Shown one piece after another: positions 17,038 to 27,584 of a stretch of DNA of 64,000 nucleotides. The DNA is taken from the IMG/VR virus record IMGVR_UViG_3300046804_006785. One strand, given 5' to 3'. The DNA comes from a virus. Position 1 is the first letter of the stretch. Each line of letters begins with the position of its first letter. The notes beneath the pieces are model-generated. The model worked only from the letters and a program-made list of their open reading frames with translations, made no database searches and was not told the origin of the DNA. The position numbers and the translations under genes were made by a program.

Positions 17038-17355
17038 TTACTGATTAATCATTAAGTTAAACCCTTTGGGTGGTTTAAAGTCTCTTAATTCCTTCTTAGG
17101 GGCTTTCAGCACTCGACTTAGATTTTTGCTAATAAAGACAGCTAGATTTATTTCCCAAGCTAAAATCTCAGCTTCTTTAGGATCAGCACCAATATAGAAA
17201 TCATCATGATGTACTATGCTGATTTCTCCAGTCGCTTTATGAATAGTCACGTCATCATTACCATCTGCTGTTAAATCACTTTTTAGCTTCCAAGGATTAT
17301 AGATAGTAATATGCTTTTCACTGTATCTCCCTGAAAAATCAATTACTAAATTCAT
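17038..17355 (-). CDS. hypothetical protein
   Basis: 105-aa ORF followed by terminator about 17000-17033. Confidence 0.6.
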   Translation of the reverse strand: MNLVIDFSGRYSEKHITIYNPWKLKSDLTADGNDDVTIHKATGEISIVHHDDFYIGADPKEAEILAWEINLAVFISKNLSRVLKAPKKELRDFKPPKGFNLMINQ

Positions 17356-17376
17356 GTGTTTTAGTCTCTACATTTT

Positions 17377-17613
17377 TCAACTGTAAACAATCACCTGTTT
17401 AATAATCTCTAGGGGATATCTAATCAAAACCCTAACTCCCGTTCTATCTGATAGATAATCTACTTTGTTTTCCTCAAGGGTCTTGTAGAATCTTTCTATT
17501 GCTTGTTCAAAGTTGTCAGAGCTTCGATCCGCGTTGACACTTTTTATGAAAGACGCAACCATGCGTCTAATTTTACTTGGGAACTTAGTCAATTTGACAT
17601 TTAAGTACAACAT
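17377..17613 (-). CDS. hypothetical protein
   Basis: 78-aa ORF with AAGGA RBS. Confidence 0.55.
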   Translation of the reverse strand: MLYLNVKLTKFPSKIRRMVASFIKSVNADRSSDNFEQAIERFYKTLEENKVDYLSDRTGVRVLIRYPLEIIKQVIVYS

Positions 17614-17798
17614 ATTTTAGTCCTTACAATTACCAAACTGTAAACAATCACCCGTTTGATCATCTCTAGCTGATATAGAGTGATCATCTCTAGCTGCTAA
17701 ACTATTACAAAACATTAAGCTACTTAATAAAGCAGCCAAAATAAGATAAACTGTTTTCATTCTTTTTTACTTCCTTGAGTAAAAGATTTAACAGGTAG
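17611..17798. repeat. 188-bp direct repeat, copy 1
   Basis: Matches 18217-18404 with one mismatch seen by eye. Confidence 0.9.
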
Positions 17799-17830
17799 GT
17801 TTGCTTCCCGGCGTTCTACCTGTTTTGTTG

Positions 17831-18019
17831 TTAAAGGTCAAAAGTTTCCAGTTCGTAGTCATCAGAGACTACTTTAAAGAATGTTTCACTTTCTTCCGTT
17901 CTATAAGTTTTATTAAGGTAGGCCGCCACTTTATCAGCACAGTCTTGGCAAATACCTTCAATAATTATATCTTCCTGAAAATAGTCTTGATCAAGACTAT
18001 CTGCAATGATTATTTTCAT
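17831..18019 (-). CDS. hypothetical protein
   Basis: 62-aa ORF with GGAG RBS and an upstream promoter. Confidence 0.6.
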   Translation of the reverse strand: MKIIIADSLDQDYFQEDIIIEGICQDCADKVAAYLNKTYRTEESETFFKVVSDDYELETFDL

Positions 18020-18216
18020 GATTTAAAACTCCATTTTCTCTAGTTATAGCTACTATATAAAATAATGTCAAGCATTTTATGTACTTAAATTTATTTTATA
18101 CAGCAACAGCATCACCGTAATAACGACTATGCCACCCGTTAGCTTTGCGTCGTTCCACATATTCTTTCCATTTGTCCGATCTATGGAAAGGTCGTTTATA
18201 TTGATTCTGAATACAG

Positions 18217-18404
18217 CATATTTTAGTCCCTACAATTACCAAACTGTAAACAATCACCCGTTTGATCATCTCTAGCTGATATAGAGTGATCATCTCTAGC
18301 TGCTAAACTATTACAAAACATTAAGCTACTTAATAAAGCAGCCAAAATAAGATAAACTGTTTTCATTCTTTTTTACTTCCTTGAGTAAAAGATTTAACAG
18401 GTAG
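18217..18404. repeat. 188-bp direct repeat, copy 2
   Basis: Matches 17611-17798; truncates tnsB. Confidence 0.9.
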
Positions 18405-18742
18405 AGTTTGCTACCCTTATTTCCTTCTTTATATGTATTGATAATGAACTTTTGCCACTGAGAATCTATACGGTGTTTGCCTTTGTCAGCGCGTTGAGTG
18501 GTTTGCAGTGCAGCTAAACCCTGTTCCTCCCATTTTTTAACCAGTCTGCGTACTGTTCGCACTGATTTACCTAGTTTGGCTGCTACTTCCCTTTGTCTTT
18601 CTCCGTAGGTTATGCGATCGCATGGTTCAAGTAGTTTTTGAATTAGTTCCAATAGTTCTTTATCACCTGCGGATAGTTCGGTGATAATGTCACTACCTTC
18701 TACTTCATCGTCATTGGGTTGATCATTTTGTGTTTCTAGCAT
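18405..18742 (-). pseudogene. tnsB: N-terminal fragment of Tn7-like/type V-K CAST transposase TnsB
   Basis: IQKLLEPCDRITYG...SVRTVRRLVKKWE...RADKGKHRI...TYKEGNKGSK matches the recalled cyanobacterial V-K TnsB N-terminus; DDE domain absent. Confidence 0.9.
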
Positions 18743-19008
18743 ATATGTTTATTAAAAACATAGTTGAATTATACTCTATCGGAGGACAATTAATTTGTCA
18801 AGTCTTGTGAAAACTTGGAAAATAGGGATTTTAAATACAGGACAACTAATTTGTCAAATGTTGAAACTCGGACAGCTATTTTGTCAATTAGTGTCTAGGA
18901 AACTAAAGATAGGGTAAAATAACAAAACCCTTGCTATGTAAGGGTTTAAGGGTTAATATTTTTGCGAACATTAATTTGGCAAGTGGTCAAATAATTTGGC
19001 AAACGACA
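18405..19008 (-). mobile_element. remnant end of a Tn7-like/CAST transposon
   Basis: Terminal TGTCGTTTGCCAAATTATTTG starting at 19008; TnsB-site-like TTGACAAAwTArnTGTCC at 18784-18801, 18840-18857, 18870-18887. Confidence 0.8.
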
Positions 19009-19237
19009 CCTGTGCGGAAATAATTTGATCTGCTAATTCTAACTCTCCTGCAACTTGTCCCATTTCTTTCTCCAGTCTAATTACTTGTTGTGCCGATATC
19101 TCTGTCGGCAATGCCATATTCTTTTTGACTCGCACCATTGAATTGCCCAAGTTACCGATAGCTGTTGGATTTTGTCCACTACCAACTAATTTGCTATCTT
19201 TACCTGCAAGCGTTCCCCCGAATAAATTGTCCATCAT
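19009..19237 (-). pseudogene. gene interrupted by the transposon end
   Basis: ORF 18971-19237 runs into the TGT terminus at 19008. Confidence 0.55.
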
Positions 19238-19553
19238 AATTTATATTTCCTTGATTTTGATTGCTGTTGAATGATAAGAAGAAGCAAGCGATGACGACTA
19301 ATAAAGATGTTCCTAAAAAGCCTAGAGTCATCAAATTAATCATCTTTGATTGTTCATCAATTCGCCTATCTGCTTCTGATTTGATTCTGCGATTTTGATC
19401 TTGATGATAGTCGTTGGCTTGTATTAGCTGTTGAACTATATCAGAACTGGGTGAGCCTTTAACGATAAGCTCACCACTGGGTTTGACGGTAAACTCTACC
19501 GGGTTCTTGATAGTCGTTTCCTCCCACTGGTCTGGGAGGCTGTGATGCTGCAT
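19200..19553 (-). CDS. membrane protein
   Basis: Coiled coil plus hydrophobic LMTLGFLGTSLLVVIACFFL. Confidence 0.6.
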   Translation of the reverse strand: MQHHSLPDQWEETTIKNPVEFTVKPSGELIVKGSPSSDIVQQLIQANDYHQDQNRRIKSEADRRIDEQSKMINLMTLGFLGTSLLVVIACFFLSFNSNQNQGNINYDGQFIRGNACR

Positions 19554-19618
19554 AGAATAATGCTCCTGTTAATACAAAACACTGAATAAATACGGCAGCA
19601 ACCATCCAGTTCGATGGC

Positions 19619-19987
19619 TTAATTATTGACGATATCTGCAAAAGCTTCGTCGAAGATTGATCCAATTTGTCCACGAAACGTCGCGGATTCATTAGCATAT
19701 TCTTGAAGACCAGCAGATACTTTGGAAACGATGTTCGGTGAAATTTGTTTGTAACGATTTACAATTCTCGCTGCGGCTGCATTTTCAACTTCAGTTGATT
19801 TTCTGTCCGACATCTCGTACATTGCGTCGGATTCATTGGCAACCGCAGCGCGGAGATTTTGGACTGCAATTTTTAAGTTTTCAACGCCTTGATTATTATT
19901 AGTTGTCGCTGGTGTACTTTTCTTGCCTTTCTTGCCAGGCTCAACAGTAGCCAGTCCGCCGCCTCCATTATTTTGAGGGACAGCCAA
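19619..19987 (-). CDS. hypothetical protein
   Basis: 122-aa ORF, probably 5'-truncated. Confidence 0.5.
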   Translation of the reverse strand: MAVPQNNGGGGLATVEPGKKGKKSTPATTNNNQGVENLKIAVQNLRAAVANESDAMYEMSDRKSTEVENAAAARIVNRYKQISPNIVSKVSAGLQEYANESATFRGQIGSIFDEAFADIVNN

Positions 19988-20885
19988 ACCAGCATTTGCA
20001 GCAGCATCAATTTCACCTGCTATGAACTGGGCGTTTGCCTGTAATCGTCGAAGGAATCAAAGGTGCTGACGTACCATCGTGGTTAAATCGGCAAATTGGC
20101 AAGTCTCCCACAATAGCTACGTTAAGGCGATGGGCAAAAAAACATAATCTGGAGTTTTCTACTCACCTACCCGTACCCGCCAAGACGCTAGATACGTTTT
20201 TGAGAATAGCGTGATCTTCCCAAATCGTGCCAATTATTAATTCCCATTAATTTCGATATGATTTTAATGGGTTTATTTATACCTAATATTGATTGTATAG
20301 TTAAAGAATTATGCCGATATTTGCGATAATGCTTAACGATAAGCTTGGAAATGATTATAAAATAAGATTCTAGACAGTTACACCACAACGGCACAATTTA
20401 TTTATGAATGACAAACAAGAACAATATCGCCAAATTCTGGATAGATACAAGAAGCTGGGATGGATGCCCATGAGGGATATAGATTGGATTTTGGCAACGC
20501 TGGCGGAACTACTGGAAAATAGACAATAAAAAACCCGCCATCGCTGACGGGTTAAAATTATTATTTTTTGTCTTTCTCCTCCTTGTCTTTCTTTCTCTTG
20601 GGAGGGAGAAAAGTCTTGAACATTAATTGCTGCATTTTTTCTTCATCTTGTTTATTCGCCATTTTTCTACTCTTTTTTTCTGATCTGGATTTTGGTGTCT
20701 GTGTTCCCTGCAATACCCTGTCCGATTTTGGGGAGACAGGTGCTTGCAGCACACCGTGTATGGGTTTTTTAGACCCCTACAGATATTTACTCCTTCCTGA
20801 ACACGCGCCACCGACAGCACGTATTCAAGAAGATTTGATGTTAGTTTTCTGGCTGGTTCTAGGGAGTAACAGCCAGAAACCTTGA

Positions 20886-21296
20886 TTACTTTCCCCGCAG
20901 TGCCTCTAAGTCTGCGGGGTCATCGTCGAAACAATACTCTCTCTCGGATATTTGGAGTAAAGTTTTTAAATGCTTCTCTGCTGGTTCAAAGCAGAGGGGA
21001 ATACAGAATTCTATTGCTTTTTCAAATTCCCAATGTCCAGCGCGAGGCAGTCTGCCATCGGGATACTGAATCGTTATGGCAAGCCCGTTAAGACTTGCCG
21101 TTTCATTTAATCCTTCGTCTCCGGCTAATGCCCAAGAGCAAAGATGCTCCCTCATTGAGGGTCCACCATAACCTCCGCTCCAGCCGGAGCAAAGGTAAGC
21201 TACAGAATTAGCGAAAGCCGCTTTATGGCTCATGCTTGCGTCAGGCTTATTGGCACCAGCCCAGCCCATCGCTTTTTTCAGAAATTCGTCATTCAT
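20886..21296 (-). CDS. hypothetical protein
   Basis: 136-aa ORF in the GC-richer island. Confidence 0.6.
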   Translation of the reverse strand: MNDEFLKKAMGWAGANKPDASMSHKAAFANSVAYLCSGWSGGYGGPSMREHLCSWALAGDEGLNETASLNGLAITIQYPDGRLPRAGHWEFEKAIEFCIPLCFEPAEKHLKTLLQISEREYCFDDDPADLEALRGK

Positions 21297-21656
21297 TGTT
21301 CATTTGTCAAAATAAGTTTTTAGCTATTTCTCAATCCTTAACGATTCAACGCAAGGATCTGCTTTTAGGCTTTGCACCTGTGGCTGGGGTATATGGCATA
21401 TCAAAAGATAATTTCCAATACCAGCCTTTCTAGTCAGGCAAGGATGGTTGTCAAGGTTGAAACCATCCTTTGTCTTTAAGATCGCGAGGGGCATTTTTCT
21501 ACAGGAAACCTCGAATTAAATCCCACTGGAGTGGGAATTCAAAATTTTCCGGATGGGAGAGCAGCATTGAATCGCCCTCTTTTAGCTCGGTTCGCATCTT
21601 TGCACCCATCTCTGTAGATGAGTTTTTGACGCAGTACAGGAATTTTTACTCCTTGC

Positions 21657-21720
21657 TTCAATAATCTATTTATATCAGAAGTGAAAGCACTTGTCAAGCA
21701 CTTCTGAGATAAAATTTTTA
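21657..21720 (-). repeat. 64-bp promoter/operator direct repeat (second copy 23849-23912)
   Basis: Identical 64-mers; inverted repeat TCAGAAGTG...CACTTCTGA surrounds a minus-strand TTGACA. Confidence 0.85.
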
Positions 21721-21904
21721 TCTCTTAAATTCACCCCACAAGATAGAGTGAGGATACTAACCAAGCAGTTAAAATTCCAAGAGCCGCACCAGCGGCACAT
21801 TCCATTAAAATCTCAAACATAATTAACTCTGCGGTGTGAAAGTGGTTTACCGCTACACTCAAGGGAGTGTTTCGGGGAGTTACCATCTCCCCTCGTCAGG
21901 CGGC

Positions 21905-23749
21905 TCAATTGATGAGCTTGGCTTGCTGGAACATATTCAGGACTACGGAGCGATCGCTCTCACTAGGGTGAGAGTTTCTAAACCCGTAGAACTGATTGCA
22001 ACGGTAGGCGCGATCGCCTTTTACGAACTCAAGGGTGTACTTGAGAATGCCGTTGTGGTAAACCGCAACAATTACGCTACTTCCTTGGTTGACGGCAGCA
22101 CCATAGCCGCCAACGCAGTGAGATAGGATCTCACCGTAACGTTTTAGTTGGTGCTGGTGCTTGGGGATTTCTAGTTCCCAAGACATATCTAAGGAGGATA
22201 AGCCGTCAAGGGGAGCAAAATCGGAGTTAACTTTTAACTCAAAATCAGGAAGGATTTTGACATACTCTTTCGCTAACACTTCATGAGTGCTAAACCAGCA
22301 GCGGACGCGCCCCAAATCGGGGGACACACCACTGTTTTGTAACTGGTTGAAGAGATATCCAGTGTCCCGGACATAATCGCCGGTGACATCTTGTGTTTTA
22401 CCACGCAGGGTCATCTTGGTGGTTTGCACCATCCTCAGCGCGGGCTTTTCGCCCAGGAATTTGAGGAATGGTACGGCATCCTCTTTGTAGGGAACACATT
22501 CAGAAGCGAGATACTTCTGAACTAAATCTTCCTTACCGTAAGCGAGTGCGATCGCCCATTTTCTTTGATCAGGTGTAGAGGATTTGAACAACTTCTGGAC
22601 TTGTTTGCCGCCACATCCAAATAGAATGCGGCATACGCCACTTAGTCCATCGCTGTATTTAGCGAGAAGTTTAATGGCGAACTCCTCCTCGATTATCCTG
22701 TGTTTTTCGCTGATTTCAGTATTTAAGAATTTATGAGGAAGCCCCCACAAAACTTCTAATGCTCGATTTCTAATGTAAGCACCGACGCGAGGATCATAAC
22801 TACAAGAATCGCAGTCGTTAAACAACAAGAATTTGACGGCTTCGCCAGGATTCTTACAAAGCTGGTTGAACTTACTCCAAAACTCATTCTTGTTTTGCTT
22901 ACACATTGACCATGTGATCGCGCCCAAGGCACGATACTTGGGCGCCATTTCACCTAGCCGCTTGGCGAATCTCTTGGGAATGGAACTATCCCACTTCCAT
23001 GCCTTCAAGGCAGGCATTAAAGTGCGCCAAACATCGCCGGGACGGCTAGAGGCGTGGTTGCCTTTAATGATTTGAACTTTTGCCCACAAGGGCAAGTTGC
23101 GATAGTTCGGATTTGTCGCCACTAGGGCGACTTGATCAAGGCTTGCTTGATATGGGCTATTTAACCCCCTCTTTTTCACCCATACGTGGGGAATTAATTC
23201 GTAAACCTTGATGGCATCTTCTACCCAACGGATGCCATAACTCCAGAGGGTGTCAGCCTCATTTTTAAACTCTGTGCCGTCATGCCAATAACCGCAGTCC
23301 ATCAAGGGCTGCGAAACTCTGAAATCATCGTTGTTGGCATCGTTGGCTTGCCATAACACCAACTTCTTCCTGAAGTGGTACTTGGCAACGTAATCCGTCA
23401 ACGGTTTCCTCTTCCTGAAGTGGTACTTGGCAAGGTAATCCGTCAACGGTTTCCCGTTGTAGTCGCGGACTGCTTCATGAAGCAGATTTTCACCCCCATG
23501 AGTCAGAGAAAGGGAAGAAATTTCTTTTTTCAAGTCCTGACCCCGGATGCCTTCATTCCAGAAGATTTCACGCAGATAGCTTAAATCTCCCTCAGTAGCA
23601 GGACGAGCAGGGGCAGAAATTTCGATTTCTTCTAAAAAATTACCATCATAAACATAGCCCTCTTCAAAGAGGGCTTCCTCTAAAGAGAGGATGGCTGCAT
23701 ACTCAGAAGAACTGAAAGCGCGAGAAAAACGGGTTGCTGTCAGAGACAT
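21905..23749 (-). CDS. PcfJ-like domain protein
   Basis: C-terminal WELEIPK...LKRYGEILSHCVGGY...YTLEF...QFYGFRN fits PcfJ; 15-aa internal duplication. Confidence 0.7.
   Translation of the reverse strand: MSLTATRFSRAFSSSEYAAILSLEEALFEEGYVYDGNFLEEIEISAPARPATEGDLSYLREIFWNEGIRGQDLKKEISSLSLTHGGENLLHEAVRDYNGKPLTDYLAKYHFRKRKPLTDYVAKYHFRKKLVLWQANDANNDDFRVSQPLMDCGYWHDGTEFKNEADTLWSYGIRWVEDAIKVYELIPHVWVKKRGLNSPYQASLDQVALVATNPNYRNLPLWAKVQIIKGNHASSRPGDVWRTLMPALKAWKWDSSIPKRFAKRLGEMAPKYRALGAITWSMCKQNKNEFWSKFNQLCKNPGEAVKFLLFNDCDSCSYDPRVGAYIRNRALEVLWGLPHKFLNTEISEKHRIIEEEFAIKLLAKYSDGLSGVCRILFGCGGKQVQKLFKSSTPDQRKWAIALAYGKEDLVQKYLASECVPYKEDAVPFLKFLGEKPALRMVQTTKMTLRGKTQDVTGDYVRDTGYLFNQLQNSGVSPDLGRVRCWFSTHEVLAKEYVKILPDFELKVNSDFAPLDGLSSLDMSWELEIPKHQHQLKRYGEILSHCVGGYGAAVNQGSSVIVAVYHNGILKYTLEFVKGDRAYRCNQFYGFRNSHPSESDRSVVLNMFQQAKLIN
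23366..23454. repeat. 45-bp in-frame tandem duplication
   Basis: Encodes KPLTDYLAKYHFRKR / KPLTDYVAKYHFRKK. Confidence 0.85.
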
Positions 23750-24185
23750 GATGCTATACTCCAGTTAAGTTTATTTTTATGAACTTGAGGCAGGGTGTTA
23801 GTTTCTTCAGGACGCATCCTGCCTCTTAATTTGATTATTGCTCTTCGATTCAATAATCTATTTATATCAGAAGTGAAAGCACTTGTCAAGCACTTCTGAG
23901 ATAAAATTTTTAGAGCATACACAATAAAGAAAATCCGCCATTGCTGACGGATTAAATTATTTAGACAAGAATTGGAAAATCTACAACTGGAAAAGCATTT
24001 CCAGAAATAAGAGCAACATAGAGAGAGCAATCTCCCGCTCTCACTTTGTACCAATCATCTTTGGGATCTATCTTTTGAGGCTTGGTGTCGTCCATTACGT
24101 CGAATGGATCTCTGTAATATCATTTACTCGGTGTATTTTAATTTTCCGAGTTCACGTATTTTTATTGAACTCGGAAAATTAAAAT

Positions 24186-24434
24186 TTAAATCATTCCTAG
24201 TGCTTTTTTAATTTCACACTGTTTTGCCAATTTCCCTACTTTTATACCGCTTTCAAACGCTTCAAGTCGGACTTTGATAATGTCCGGGATAAATTCTGTT
24301 TGTATCCCTTCACGAATCGTAAAAAGTACATCTCCGTCTTCGTCATAGATATAAATTTCGCCGTCTCTTAATACGGCGGCGTAAGTACACCCCTTTACTT
24401 CCCCTTCCCAGAATTTAGAATTCTTTTTTTCCAT
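24186..24434 (-). CDS. hypothetical protein
   Basis: MEKKNSKFW... start preferred; C-terminal EIKKALG is common in small phage proteins. Confidence 0.55.
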   Translation of the reverse strand: MEKKNSKFWEGEVKGCTYAAVLRDGEIYIYDEDGDVLFTIREGIQTEFIPDIIKVRLEAFESGIKVGKLAKQCEIKKALGMI

Positions 24435-25025
24435 GATTTTGTGTTTTGTGTTTTTTTGCTCACATTTATATAATATTACAACTAACAAAAATATTCAACC
24501 CATAATCTCAACTATTTATTCATCTTGAATTACGTTGTAAAATGTGCGACATATTTCTACCAATTTAAATCGTCTGTTTTTATTTTCTCTGGTCTAATTA
24601 TTTTTGCCATTGGTCTTTTTAGCACTTCAGACTCTATTATTTTTGCTAAATCATTGCAGTAGCTTTCTAGAAATTCTGTGTACCGAATAATTGCTATTAT
24701 TTTTGTAAAAATTGTGTACGTTTTGTTTAATTCTTGCAGCCTTACATCTAATGTTGCTGCTAAACTGTCAATATTTTTAACAGTCTCTCGCAATTCTTTT
24801 ATTTCGTTGTCTTGGAGTTTGTTGGTGCTAACTATATCAAGTTTTATATTAGAAACTGCTTGATTTAGCTGATTTTCTAATTCCTCAGCCCCCTTAATTT
24901 TTGTATTTTTAGCTGTTTGTGACCAACTCCAGAATATTATTGATAGAGGATTTGAATTTAAGTCAAAAATAAACAGGTAGAGATTGCATCTTGGTGTTCT
25001 ACCTGTTTATTTTTTTTTGATTGAT

Positions 25026-25526
25026 TTAATTTGTTCCTAGTTTTTCATAGTATGTCCTAGCATAAATCTCGTCACTACAACGGGCTTTTTCAACATCATG
25101 TTTTAGTGAGTAGGCATTAAAGTGGTACATCTTGTCACCACCACTAAGTACATACATTATTTTTACTGAGATGTAATGGGTATCCCAGTATTGTGTTACT
25201 TTCCTTTCATCTTCCTTATTGTAGGAAGATACACCATAGAAGTTACCGGACTGACGGATTTCTTTATAGGGTCTATTAGCAATATGGTACTGTTCTATTA
25301 CCTGGTCAGCATCGCTTCTTGAAACGATACCTAATATTAGCCCTTTACACTCCTGGTTCAGGATATCCCAAGCAAAATGATCCATTGTATATGAATCCCG
25401 TTCAGCTTCTTTCTGTATTAGTTGAGATATCAAATCATCTCCACTAATAGATTGCTGTTCTAATAAAGTCATCATTTTACCTTTGTTAATTTCCATTACT
25501 ATAACGACTATATAAAATAATGTCAA
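25026..25526 (-). CDS. hypothetical protein
   Basis: ORF; true start probably later (MTLLEQQ). Confidence 0.55.
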   Translation of the reverse strand: MTLFYIVVIVMEINKGKMMTLLEQQSISGDDLISQLIQKEAERDSYTMDHFAWDILNQECKGLILGIVSRSDADQVIEQYHIANRPYKEIRQSGNFYGVSSYNKEDERKVTQYWDTHYISVKIMYVLSGGDKMYHFNAYSLKHDVEKARCSDEIYARTYYEKLGTN

Positions 25527-25559
25527 GCATTTTATATACTTAAATATACAACAATTATT

Positions 25560-26615
25560 TTATACAGCGACAGCATCACCGTAATAACGACTATGCCAAC
25601 CGTTAGCTTTGCGGCGTGCCACATATTCTTGCCATTTGTCCGATCTATGGAAAGGTCTTTTATAACGCTGTTCCTTAGATTTTACTGCTTTAGATAATCT
25701 TGCTATTTCTTCTGTGATGCCAATACCATCATCAAAACTAGCACAACTATTTAAAACAACTTGGAACAATTGAGCGTTTTTATCCTTGCACACATCGGGG
25801 TGAACTACTGCTGATAATTTACGTCTGCCTGATTTACCATATTTTTTGATAAACCGTAGGCATACTAGTTTCATTTTATCCTCAGTAGTGTAACCAGTTA
25901 AATCTCGTTTGATGGACGCGATCGCTCTCTTTAATTTCTCATCCTCACCTAAGCTATCCTTACTCATAATCGGTATGACTTTGATATCAAGTTCCACAGA
26001 TTCTAAAACTTGGATAGCTGCTTTTAAGTGCCGTGATCGCTGTACTAATTCCTGTGAGAAGCTAGTTAGTCCCCATGATAATTTATGTACTTTGTTATAT
26101 TCCGCTTGCAGTACACCATTAATGGTTGCACCTGATAGACAGGAATAATCATATTTTTGGGTGATTTTCTGATTATTCTCTTTTAGATATGCTCTAACTT
26201 TTCTCTGTAAAGTGGTTTGAGAATAACGTTTTAGACCACAACCAACCATAGCATCTGCTAAGAACTTTAGATCGCGGACTTCAGTATCAGGTAATTTAAT
26301 TTTTTTGATATTTTCAATATTACCTAATAGCTGATTAGTGTAGCTAATAAAATCCTGTAAATCTTTACTCACAAGCTTTTCAGCTACTATATCTATATTT
26401 TGTTGTGGGAATAATTGGCTTGCTACTGTTCTTACTAAAATTTGTGCAACTTGATAATTATTAAAAAATTGCTGTCCGATCTTATCCCGGACTTTAGAAT
26501 AAAGCAGCTTCATTTGTCTTTCTGAATATGCTTTACCTCTAATACCGAGTATAAAATTTTCTATATCTTTTCTACTATATTGTTGTGTCATTGTCTGTAC
26601 CTCGCTTGTTTTCAT
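25560..26615 (-). CDS. hypothetical protein with a J-domain-like HPD segment
   Basis: RRKLSAVVHPDVCKDKNAQLFQVV. Confidence 0.6.
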   Translation of the reverse strand: MKTSEVQTMTQQYSRKDIENFILGIRGKAYSERQMKLLYSKVRDKIGQQFFNNYQVAQILVRTVASQLFPQQNIDIVAEKLVSKDLQDFISYTNQLLGNIENIKKIKLPDTEVRDLKFLADAMVGCGLKRYSQTTLQRKVRAYLKENNQKITQKYDYSCLSGATINGVLQAEYNKVHKLSWGLTSFSQELVQRSRHLKAAIQVLESVELDIKVIPIMSKDSLGEDEKLKRAIASIKRDLTGYTTEDKMKLVCLRFIKKYGKSGRRKLSAVVHPDVCKDKNAQLFQVVLNSCASFDDGIGITEEIARLSKAVKSKEQRYKRPFHRSDKWQEYVARRKANGWHSRYYGDAVAV

Positions 26616-26707
26616 TGTTTTAACTTATTTTATAATTCAGTGTTGCATTTTAAAATAAGTCTGCTATTATTATAAACATAGCACACAAAATAACAAAGGA
26701 AAACATC

Positions 26708-27379
26708 ATGGCAGACTTAGCAGTGTTTAGTTCAAATATGGAAGACAACGGAGCGATTACCACACCTATTACACCAACTAAAAGAGGTAGACCCCGTAAA
26801 GGTGGCGACCTTTCTACCGTTGGTAAAGGTCAAGTGACTGGAATCACTTCCCTAAATTTTGATGAAGCTTCAATAAAAAGTATTAGCTTGATTAGTGAAA
26901 CCCTTGGGGCTGATTTCCTGCCTCAATTGTATCAACGTCTTCAGGCTAAAGCCGCTAGTATGGCTATTGAATTTCAACAAACTAAGGAAAGTGAAGAAGC
27001 CCTGACTATTGCCTCTCAACTTAACATTGAACGCGCTCAAAACATAGGACGTGAAGCGGGTTCTAGACAAATGGAACTGCGTCAACTAACAAAACTGAAA
27101 GACGACGCTGATAAGTGGATGGATGAGCAGTTTGAAAACATGGTGCTGAATTATGCAACCATTGGCATTTCTTATGCTCAAATTGTGACCATGATGAAAA
27201 ATCATGCGTCCAAGCTGCACATTGATCTTGCTGATTTTCAAATTAGCAAAACAGGACAATGGGATTTTCCAGATTACCAGTTTATCCATGAGGATAAAAT
27301 TGAGTTTTGCAAAGCTAGACTCGCCGAGCTTGGCGTGGAAATAGATAAACTAAAAGCACTAGGAATTGAGGTTGAGTAA
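26708..27379 (+). CDS. coiled-coil protein with AT-hook-like motif
   Basis: KRGRPRK near the N-terminus; first gene of a plus-strand operon. Confidence 0.6.
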   Translation: MADLAVFSSNMEDNGAITTPITPTKRGRPRKGGDLSTVGKGQVTGITSLNFDEASIKSISLISETLGADFLPQLYQRLQAKAASMAIEFQQTKESEEALTIASQLNIERAQNIGREAGSRQMELRQLTKLKDDADKWMDEQFENMVLNYATIGISYAQIVTMMKNHASKLHIDLADFQISKTGQWDFPDYQFIHEDKIEFCKARLAELGVEIDKLKALGIEVE

Positions 27380-27573
27380 TGGATAAACTATCCAAAATCA
27401 GAACACACACTGAAACACTAAAAGCTAATGGTGTTGATCCTAAATTGGCCAAACAAGCAGCCGTAGTAATTGCAAATGATGATCTTTTTGGTTTGCTTCG
27501 GACTCCTAGAGGCCAGCGAATTGTTCGGAAAGCAAACGCACAAGTTAATGTTGAGAAAGAAGACGACGGGTAA
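27379..27573 (+). CDS. hypothetical protein
   Basis: TAATG coupling to the previous gene. Confidence 0.55.
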   Translation: MDKLSKIRTHTETLKANGVDPKLAKQAAVVIANDDLFGLLRTPRGQRIVRKANAQVNVEKEDDG

Positions 27574-27584
27574 AAGCAAGAATC

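Noticed and set aside
18326-18404. C-terminus of the 138-aa TnsB ORF, and ORF 18096-18293, as real proteins
   Set aside because: Both are chimeric read-throughs across duplicated segments
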